Shown: positions 29,888 through 36,945 of the stretch, in pieces
Position numbering within the stretch: position 1 is the stretch's first letter
Layout: each line of letters starts with the position of its first letter
NCBI GenBank assembly: GCA_041395665.1
Contig: JAWLAB010000004.1
Span: 106,227-170,226 of the forward strand
Source: Pseudomonadales bacterium
GTDB lineage: Bacteria; Pseudomonadota; Gammaproteobacteria; Pseudomonadales; UBA7239
Direction: 5' to 3'
DNA: 64,000 bases
Program-made: the position numbers and the translations under genes
Notes under the pieces: generated by a model
The model's input: the letters and a program-made list of their open reading frames with translations, nothing else
Told to the model about the DNA's origin: nothing
Databases searched by the model: none

Positions 29888-31396
29888 TTAAGTAACAAGA
29901 ATCCGCAGGAAAACTTTAAGGCTTCTGAGCAGTGCTTTGAAATTCCAATGGCGCAGTATTTTGATTATGCGTCGTGGTGAAAAATAAAAACGAATATTGG
30001 CAATGCGCAGTGTGTGCGCCAGGGGATAGTTATACGATTGCTGATACCAAGATTGTGAATTGCGATAAGTGCCAGAGTCAATTTGGCTTAATCTTGTGGT
30101 GACTTCTGCGTTTTCTCTCATAGCAAGATCATAAAGCGGCGTACCAAATTGCGGTACGACAGAGAAAAAGAAAGCCAGCGTGAGGTCGCTATTGATAGCA
30201 AAATCTATCGTTGCTTTTATTTCTTCTCGTGTTTCTGTGGGGAAGCCGAGCATAAAAAAGCCAGTGATTTGAATATTGCGCTTGCCAAATAGTGCGATGG
30301 CGCGGCGCGTTTTTTCAATGTCCAGATGTTTTTCAACAAGGTTTTGCAGACGCGGGGTTACAGTTTCCACAGCAATACACACGGCGTAAGTGCCGGCGTC
30401 ACACAGCGCCGTAATGACTTCTTCATCGAGAATGTCGGCGCGGAGCCCATTAGGAAAGGCGAATTTTAATTTTCCAGGCCAGCGGCGCTGCACCTCTCCC
30501 ATGATGGCTTTCAGGCGCGGTTTGTGTAGATTAAAAATATCATCAACAATTTGAAATTCATCAACGCCGTATTGCTCGTGCAGTCTTTCTATTTCAGCAA
30601 TGACATAGTCAACACTGTGATAGACAAATTTCTTGGAAAAAATATCGTGGCAGTAATTGCACAGATAGGGGCAGCCACGCGATGTAAACAACATTGCGTA
30701 GCGTTTCCCTTTTAGATTAGCAGCCATATTGGGCTCGATGGCGTAGGCGTCAAGGTTGACCATGTCCCATGCTGGCGGAGGTAGGCTATCTAAGTCATTG
30801 ATTTGATCTTGTTTTGTTGAAATATAAACGGAGCCATCTTCGCGTCGAAAAGATAGTCCCAAAATTTTCTCGTCGACGGTTCTATTTTGTGCGAGGCGCT
30901 CTAATGCTTCTGGAAAAGAGTAGTCAGCGGCACCCTCGAAAACCCAATCAATGTTCTCGTCATTGAGAATGGTTGGTGCATTTTTTAGTGCATAGGGGCC
31001 GCCAAACGCAGTGACGATAGAAGGGCGAAATTGTTTAACAATTTTTGCAATACAGTGCCCTGCATACGCTTCATAATTCAGTGCTGAAAAACCCACAATA
31101 TCCGGCTCATATTCTTCGAGAGTGCTCAGAATTTTTTCTGGTTCCATGCGGTGCAGCTTCATGTCGATCATGCGTATTTCCGCAAAATCGCCAAGCACTT
31201 CTCGGATGCTAGAGGCTATGTAAAGTAAGCCAAGTGGTGGTGCTTGCAGCGGTGCTGCAATTTGTTGATAAGGTTTTAAAAGTAGTACGCGTAGTTTACG
31301 CTGTGGTGTTGCAGCTGGCTGGTTGTATGAGTGATCGGAGCTAATGAGTTGAGCTGAATGTGCGTTCATTGGAAATATCTCATTATCCATGCACAA
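29888..31396 (-). CDS. cobalamin-binding-domain radical SAM protein (class B-like), copy 1
   Basis: The N-terminal half resembles a B12-binding Rossmann domain (LRVLLLKPYQ..., DIVGFSAL). Radical SAM motif FTSRGCPYLCNYCHD (CxxxCxxC). Basic amphipathic C-terminal tail. The start is TTG 31396 or ATG 31390. Confidence 0.8.
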   Translation of the reverse strand: MCMDNEIFPMNAHSAQLISSDHSYNQPAATPQRKLRVLLLKPYQQIAAPLQAPPLGLLYIASSIREVLGDFAEIRMIDMKLHRMEPEKILSTLEEYEPDIVGFSALNYEAYAGHCIAKIVKQFRPSIVTAFGGPYALKNAPTILNDENIDWVFEGAADYSFPEALERLAQNRTVDEKILGLSFRREDGSVYISTKQDQINDLDSLPPPAWDMVNLDAYAIEPNMAANLKGKRYAMLFTSRGCPYLCNYCHDIFSKKFVYHSVDYVIAEIERLHEQYGVDEFQIVDDIFNLHKPRLKAIMGEVQRRWPGKLKFAFPNGLRADILDEEVITALCDAGTYAVCIAVETVTPRLQNLVEKHLDIEKTRRAIALFGKRNIQITGFFMLGFPTETREEIKATIDFAINSDLTLAFFFSVVPQFGTPLYDLAMRENAEVTTRLSQIDSGTYRNSQSWYQQSYNYPLAHTLRIANIRFYFSPRRIIKILRHWNFKALLRSLKVFLRILVT

Positions 31397-32869
31397 TCAT
31401 TTTGAAAAAACCAAGGGCATTTTTCAGAACCAGCCGAAAGCTCAGGTGCTTAATCAGCAAATACATTCGCTTAGGTGACAAATAAAACCGTAAGTTTGCA
31501 CTGCGTAATAAATTGAGAGCTTGTGCCCATATGCACTTCAGTACCAAGAGTTTGTGAAATAGCGGGTGGATTCAATTTGACTCATTTGATGGGTTACATC
31601 GGCATTTTCTTGCATAGCAAGATCGTACATAGGGGTTCCTGGTTGGGGGGTGACAAAGAAGAAGTAGGCGAGAGTTAGCCTGCTGTTTATGGCAAATGCA
31701 ATGGTTTTTTTTATTTCTTCGGGTGTCTCTGTGGGAAAGCCAAGCATAAAAAAACCATTCACTTGTATATTGCGTTTACTTAATAATGTAATGGCTTGAC
31801 AGGTTTTTTCTATGTCTAGATTTTTTTCCACTAATTGTTGCAGGCGTGGGGTGACGGTTTCAATCGCTATGCAGACAAGATAGGTGCCTGCATTAGCTAA
31901 TGCGTCGATGACTTCTTTATCAAGAATGTCTGCGCGCAAGCCGTTGGGGAAGGCAAATTTTAATTTTCCTGGCCAGCGGCGAGTGACCTCTCCCATAATG
32001 GCTTTGAGTCGTGGTTTGTGGAGATTAAAAATATCATCAACAATATGAAACTCATCAACGCCATATTGTTCGTATAAACGCTCTATTTCTGCAATAACAT
32101 AATCAACGCTGTGGTAAACAAATTTTTTTGAGAATAGATCGTGACAATAGTTGCACAGGTAGGGGCAGCCACGCGATGTAAATAGCAAAGCGTAGCGTTT
32201 CCCTCGTAAGTTGTGTGCCATATTAGGAGCCTTAGCATAGGCGTCTAGCTGAATCATATTCCATGCTGGTGGCACTAAGCTATCAAGGTCGTTGATTTGG
32301 TCTTGGCGTGCTGAAAGACAAATAGAGCCATCGGGATGGCGAAATGACATGCCTAGAATGGACTCGTTAGGAGCTTGTCCTTGGGCCAAAAGCATTAAAG
32401 CTTGTGGAAGTGTTCTATCGGCAGCGCCTTCAAAAACCCAATCAATATTGGGGTCTTGTAAAATTTGTTCTGTATTTTTTAATGCATATGGTCCGCCAAA
32501 TACAGTAATGATATTGGGATTTGTTGCCTTGATGTGTTTTGCTAGCGCATGCCCAGCATAAGCCTCACAGTTAAGAGCAGAGATACCTACAACATCTGGT
32601 TGAAATTCTTGCAGTATTGAATCTATCGCGTTGTTTTCCATTTGCTGCAATTTCATATCCAAAACACGGACTTCAATGTGTTCGCCTAAGGTTGCTCGTA
32701 TATTGGATGCGAGATACAGCAGACCAATCGGTGGAGCATGAGTAGGCCCGGGAATAAGTTGGTAAGGTTTTACCAGCAGAACTTTTAATGAGCGAACAAT
32801 GGGTAAATTGGCTGTGTTCTTGCTATCAATGGTGGTGGAGTGGATGACTCTGGCGGCTAAAGCTTTCAC
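31383..32869 (-). CDS. cobalamin-binding-domain radical SAM protein, copy 2 (paralogue; C-terminal tail frameshifted as sequenced)
   Basis: Same architecture and an identical CPYLCNYC motif. The listed ORF stops at 31538 (..TNSWY*), but the next frame encodes AQALNLLRSANLRFYLSPKRMYLLIKHLSFRLVLKNALGFFKMIVHG*. This is homologous to the copy-1 tail and ends at 31383, overlapping the copy-1 start. GTG start at 32869. Confidence 0.75.
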
Positions 32870-32947
32870 AGTTGCGCTCGCATAGAAGTATTTCTTGTTG
32901 TTGCTGATAATCCTACCGCAGCGGTGGCATTTTTTCCTCTTAAATAA

Positions 32948-32971
32948 AAGCCCACTTTCAGTGGGCTTTTT
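32948..32971. terminator. bidirectional hairpin terminator between mcm and the radical SAM pair
   Basis: AAAGCCCACtttcaGTGGGCTTTTT, with A/T runs on both sides. Confidence 0.65.
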
Positions 32972-32998
32972 CTGGGGGTTGGTTTCTGATAATTGGCT

Positions 32999-35125
32999 TT
33001 AGCTCCTAATCGCCGCCAACACTTCTTTTGCCGCCACGGGGATTTGTGTGCCGGGGCCAAACACACACTTCACGCCGGCGTTGAACAGGAAGTCGTAATC
33101 CTGTTTGGGGATTACACCGCCCGCGATGACGATGATGTCATCCGCGCCGAGTTTTTTCAGTTCAGCGATCAGTTCCGGCACCAGCGTTTTGTGGCCAGCG
33201 GCTTGTGATGAACAGCCGACGATGTGCACATCGTTTTCCACGGCTTGTTTGGCGACTTCTGCCGGTGTGGAGAACATCGGTGACAGGTCGATATCGAAGC
33301 CCAAATCCGCAAACGCGGTGGCGATCACTTTCGCGCCGCGATCGTGACCATCTTGACCCATTTTGCACACCAGCATGCGCGGGCGGCGCCCGTTTTTATC
33401 GGCAAATTGTTTCACTTCTTCGACGATATTTTGCCAATCCTGATCCATTTGATATGCGCCTCCGTAAACGCCGGAAATCGTGCGGGCTTGTGCGTTGTAG
33501 CGACCGAATTCTTTTTCCAGCGCAAATGAAATTTCACCCACAGTAGCGCGTGCGCGCGTGGCTTGTACGGCTAGATCCAATAAGTTGCCGTTGCCAGTTT
33601 TTGCAGCTTCCGTCAGTTGATTGAGGATGGCTTCGACTTTGGCGTTGTCGCGCTTAGCTTTGAGATCGTTCAAGCGTTTGATTTGCGATTCGCGCACGGC
33701 GACATTGTCGATTTCTAAAATTTCAACATCGTCTTCTTTGGCGAGTTTGTATTTGTTCACGCCGACGATGACATCTTCGCCGCGATCAATACGCGCCTGT
33801 TTTTTCGCTGCGGATTCTTCGATGCGCATTTTTGGCAAACCGGATTCCACCGCTTTCGCCATGCCGCCTTTGCTTTCGATTTCTTCGATCAGCGCCCACG
33901 CTTTGTCAGCCAATTCTTGCGTCAGGCTTTCCATCATGTATGAGCCGCCCCACGGGTCAACCACATTACAGATGCCAGTTTCTTCTTGGATGATGAGCTG
34001 CGTGTTGCGCGCAATGCGGGCCGAGAATTCCGTCGGCAGGGCGATGGCTTCATCGAGCGCGTTGGTGTGCAGCGATTGTGTGCCGCCGAACACGGCTGCC
34101 ATCGCTTCGATGGTGGTGCGCACCACATTGTTGTACGGGTCTTGCTCGGTCAAAGACCAACCGGAAGTCTGGCTGTGTGTGCGCAGCATTTTCGAGCGCG
34201 CGTCTTTCGGGTTGAACTCGCTGACGATGCGCGACCACAACAAGCGGCCTGCACGCAGCTTGGCGATTTCCATGTAGAAGTTCATGGAGATGCCCCAGAA
34301 GAACGACAGACGACCAGCGAAAGCGTCGATATCCAAGCCCGCAGCGAGTGCAGTGCGGATGTATTCCTTGCCGTCAGCCAGTGTGTAAGCCAACTCCAGC
34401 GCAGCGTCGGCACCCGCTTCTTGAATGTGATAGCCGGAGATGGAAATGGTGTTGAACTTCGGCAGGTTTTTTGAACAGTAGGCGATGATGTCGCCGATGA
34501 TTTTCATGGAAGGTGCAGGCGGGTAGATGTAGGTGTTGCGCACCATGAATTCTTTCAGGATGTCGTTTTGGATCGTGCCAGCCAACTGGTCTTGCGTCAC
34601 ACCTTGTTCTTCGGCGGCGATGATGTAGCCCGCCAACACTGGCAGTACCGCGCCGTTCATGGTCATCGACACCGAGACTTTGTCGAGTGGGATGCTGTCG
34701 AACAACACTTTCATGTCTTCCACGGAATCAATCGCCACACCGGCTTTGCCGACATCGCCCGTCACACGCGGGTGATCCGAGTCATAGCCTCGGTGGGTGG
34801 CGAGGTCAAACGCCACGGAAACACCTTGCCCGCCCGCTGCCAAAGCTTTGCGGTAGAAGGCGTTGGATTCTTCAGCGGTGGAGAAGCCCGCGTACTGGCG
34901 AATTGTCCACGGCTTGCCGGCGTACATGGTGGCTTGCGGGCCGCGCAAGAACGGCTCGAAGCCGGGGAGCGTGTTGGCGTTGGGTAGGCTGGCGGTATCC
35001 GCTGCCGTGTACAGCGGCTTCAGCGTGATGCCTTCAGGAGTTTCGGTATTCAGGCTATCCAGCGGCTTACCTTTCAGTTGTTTTTCAACGGAGGCTTGCC
35101 AATCAGCGATGGTTTTGTTGCTCAT
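32999..35125 (-). CDS. scpA: methylmalonyl-CoA mutase, single-chain 708 aa form (B12-dependent)
   Basis: MCM catalytic TIM-barrel blocks ([35 protein letters not shown]). C-terminal B12-binding domain with DxHxxG ([11 protein letters not shown]). Confidence 0.92.
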   Translation of the reverse strand: MSNKTIADWQASVEKQLKGKPLDSLNTETPEGITLKPLYTAADTASLPNANTLPGFEPFLRGPQATMYAGKPWTIRQYAGFSTAEESNAFYRKALAAGGQGVSVAFDLATHRGYDSDHPRVTGDVGKAGVAIDSVEDMKVLFDSIPLDKVSVSMTMNGAVLPVLAGYIIAAEEQGVTQDQLAGTIQNDILKEFMVRNTYIYPPAPSMKIIGDIIAYCSKNLPKFNTISISGYHIQEAGADAALELAYTLADGKEYIRTALAAGLDIDAFAGRLSFFWGISMNFYMEIAKLRAGRLLWSRIVSEFNPKDARSKMLRTHSQTSGWSLTEQDPYNNVVRTTIEAMAAVFGGTQSLHTNALDEAIALPTEFSARIARNTQLIIQEETGICNVVDPWGGSYMMESLTQELADKAWALIEEIESKGGMAKAVESGLPKMRIEESAAKKQARIDRGEDVIVGVNKYKLAKEDDVEILEIDNVAVRESQIKRLNDLKAKRDNAKVEAILNQLTEAAKTGNGNLLDLAVQATRARATVGEISFALEKEFGRYNAQARTISGVYGGAYQMDQDWQNIVEEVKQFADKNGRRPRMLVCKMGQDGHDRGAKVIATAFADLGFDIDLSPMFSTPAEVAKQAVENDVHIVGCSSQAAGHKTLVPELIAELKKLGADDIIVIAGGVIPKQDYDFLFNAGVKCVFGPGTQIPVAAKEVLAAIRS

Positions 35126-35146
35126 AAGATAGGTTCCAGAAAAAAA

Positions 35147-35563
35147 TCAGTGGTGGTCGTCAGCGGGCTGGTTAATTTCAATCAGCACGCCATCGCAGCA
35201 TTTGGGGTGGATAAAAATCACTTGGCAGCCGTGTGCGCCAGGGGTCGGTGCATCAGAGAGGAATTGGTAGCCCTTGCTTTGCAGCATCGCCACATCTTCC
35301 AGAATGTTGTCGGAGCGGAAGCAGATGTGGTGAATGCCGCCTTTGCCGTTTTTCTCGAGGTATTTCGCAATCGGGCCTTCGCCGTTCAGCGGGTGCACCA
35401 ACTCAATTTGCGTGCCGGCAATGGGGAAAAACGCCGTGGTGGTTTTCGCGGCTGGCACATCTTCCGTGCCGTTAAAGGTGAGGCCGAAGTCTTCCAGAAA
35501 GCGGCTGATGGCTTTTTGCAGATCAGGAACAGCGATGGCGATATGGTCGAGATGGGTAATCAT
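35147..35563 (-). CDS. mce: methylmalonyl-CoA epimerase (VOC/glyoxalase fold)
   Basis: 138 aa. LDHIAIAVPDL... and GGIHHICF are typical of the family. It lies immediately upstream of mcm. Confidence 0.8.
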   Translation of the reverse strand: MITHLDHIAIAVPDLQKAISRFLEDFGLTFNGTEDVPAAKTTTAFFPIAGTQIELVHPLNGEGPIAKYLEKNGKGGIHHICFRSDNILEDVAMLQSKGYQFLSDAPTPGAHGCQVIFIHPKCCDGVLIEINQPADDHH

Positions 35564-35610
35564 CAGAGCCTCAGAAGAAGTGGGGGAGCCACAAAAGGAG
35601 GCGGTATTTT

Positions 35611-35640
35611 AGCGGGGTGCGGTAGGGCGGGCTAGTCGGA
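35611..35640. repeat. direct repeat copy A flanking the vapBC cassette
   Basis: The core GCGGTAGGGCGGGCTAGTCGGA (35619-35640) matches GCGGCAGGGCGG-CTAGCCGGA at 36382-36402: 19 matches, 2 transitions and 1 indel. Weaker similarity extends about 8 nt upstream. Confidence 0.7.
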
Positions 35641-35645
35641 AATAT

Positions 35646-36077
35646 TCAGGTTTGGTAAGTGCCGACAGATTCGTGCACTTGCGTTACCCAGTTTTCCACT
35701 CGCAAGTTGGGATAGCCCAGAAAATCTTGCTCATTGTTGGTGACGAGCGTGAGGTTGAGGCTCAAGGCGTGAGCTGCAATTAGGCGATCCAGCGCATTGC
35801 GCTGCCGATCGCGCACTGCAGCGCGCAGGATGCCGTAGCTCTCTGCTTCCTGATTGCCAAAAGGTAAGGCGGGAATCATCTCCAGCAAGCCTGCCAATGC
35901 CTGTTCATTCTGTTGGCGAGTGGCGGCGTGCATTTCCACGCCAGCGCGTAGCTCGGCCAGCGTCACCACAGACATCATCGCTTCGCCGCAGTAAAGGCTT
36001 TCCAGCCGGTGTAACACTTCCGGTGGGTGACGACGGATCAGGTAGATGCAGATATTGGTGTCCAGCAGGTAGCGCAT
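35646..36077 (-). CDS. vapC: PIN-domain toxin VapC
   Basis: The start MRYLLDTNICIYLIR carries the PIN acidic residue. TNN..DF lies near the C-terminus. The start is 1 nt after the vapB stop. Confidence 0.88.
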   Translation of the reverse strand: MRYLLDTNICIYLIRRHPPEVLHRLESLYCGEAMMSVVTLAELRAGVEMHAATRQQNEQALAGLLEMIPALPFGNQEAESYGILRAAVRDRQRNALDRLIAAHALSLNLTLVTNNEQDFLGYPNLRVENWVTQVHESVGTYQT

Positions 36078-36078
36078 G

Positions 36079-36318
36079 TCACCAGCCCGCACGATCGGTT
36101 TCAGGTTCGGCGGGTGGTCGCCCGTTTGCCAGAAAGTCAGCACTGAAAGCGGCGAGTTTTGCCTGTAGCCCATGCAGTTTTTGTTGGCGCAATGGGCGGA
36201 TCACCAGTTCATTGCCACGGCGTTCGATTTCCACGTCCTGCAAGGTATCTGGGAAATTCAATTCCTTAGGGATGCGCACGGCTTGAGAATTGCCGCTTTT
36301 GAAAACGCGAGTTTGCAT
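36079..36318 (-). CDS. vapB: AbrB/SpoVT-type antitoxin VapB
   Basis: MQTRVFKSGNSQAVRIPKEL is the classic SpoVT/AbrB swapped-hairpin motif. 79 aa. Confidence 0.88.
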   Translation of the reverse strand: MQTRVFKSGNSQAVRIPKELNFPDTLQDVEIERRGNELVIRPLRQQKLHGLQAKLAAFSADFLANGRPPAEPETDRAGW

Positions 36319-36335
36319 GGTGTTGCTCACTGAAT

Positions 36336-36356
36336 ATGTATATCCAGTATATACAT
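36336..36356. promoter_or_regulatory. inverted repeat upstream of vapB (candidate VapB operator overlapping a -10-like TATAT)
   Basis: ATGTATAT-ccagt-ATATACAT has perfect 8-bp arms and lies 18 nt upstream of the vapB ATG. Confidence 0.5.
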
Positions 36357-36373
36357 GATGAGATAAATATAAC

Positions 36374-36402
36374 AGCAGAGCGCGGCAGGGCGGCTAGCCG
36401 GA
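36374..36402. repeat. direct repeat copy B flanking the vapBC cassette
   Basis: See copy A. It lies between the lipoprotein gene stop (36430) and the vapB promoter. Confidence 0.7.
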
Positions 36403-36429
36403 TTGGCGTCTGATAGGTTCACTCAGCCC

Positions 36430-36945
36430 TCACTGCTTTTTAAGCTGCCACGGATATTTGTCCGCCATCACATCGCCAAAATACAGCACACCGGCGTTGC
36501 GCCACGCATCTAAGACGATGCCATTTTTCCAATCGTCACCTTTACGCGTGATGACAATAGCGTTGTGCTCTAGCAGTTGTTTTGGGCGTGCTTGCACGCG
36601 ATACATTTGCCAATACGGTGAGAGCTGCGGTTGCACGGCAACGGCGAGATCTTTTGCATAGTGAAAACACAAGCCCCGCGGTTTGATGCCAGAGTTCACT
36701 TCAATGTTGTGCAGCCAAGGCGCTAGCGTAACGCCGTATTCTGTGCGCAATTGCTCGGCGCGATTGACAGCGGTTTCTGCCAACTGTTGTGCAGCTTGTG
36801 GCGTGCTGTTGGGCGCGAGTTGCCTCAGTTCTATGGCTAAAGTTTGTATGCGCTGCTCTTTTTCTGTGTGTGTTTCTACGCGATGCGCACAGCCACAGAG
36901 AAAAACACAGAAAAGCGTCAGCGCAAACAGCTTTAACCCATTCAC
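36430..36945 (-). CDS. hypothetical lipoprotein
   Basis: The GTG start overlaps the valS stop (CTGTGAAT). Signal peptide plus lipobox ([14 protein letters not shown]). The longer ORF upstream would run inside valS. Confidence 0.6.
   Translation of the reverse strand: MNGLKLFALTLFCVFLCGCAHRVETHTEKEQRIQTLAIELRQLAPNSTPQAAQQLAETAVNRAEQLRTEYGVTLAPWLHNIEVNSGIKPRGLCFHYAKDLAVAVQPQLSPYWQMYRVQARPKQLLEHNAIVITRKGDDWKNGIVLDAWRNAGVLYFGDVMADKYPWQLKKQ

Noticed and set aside
32870-32998. A cobalamin riboswitch upstream of the B12-binding radical SAM operon, and similarly upstream of mce at 35564-35645.
   Set aside because: The leaders are too short (about 130 and 80 nt), and I could not see a B12-box-like conserved core. 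This is by eye only, so a covariance-model scan would be needed to be certain.
33621-35635. Several 110-220 aa plus-strand ORFs inside mcm and mce.
   Set aside because: They are antisense to unambiguous, full-length, motif-bearing genes. Their compositions are Ser/Arg/Ala-rich, typical of shadow ORFs.
29700-36430. Calling the whole tRNA-Lys to lipoprotein segment a classical integrated genomic island.
   Set aside because: I found no integrase or excisionase ORF. By eye there is no direct repeat of the tRNA-Lys 3' end at a distal boundary. The mcm-mce genes within the segment have host-like GC (57% in a hand count). Only the radical SAM pair and the vapBC cassette look separately acquired.
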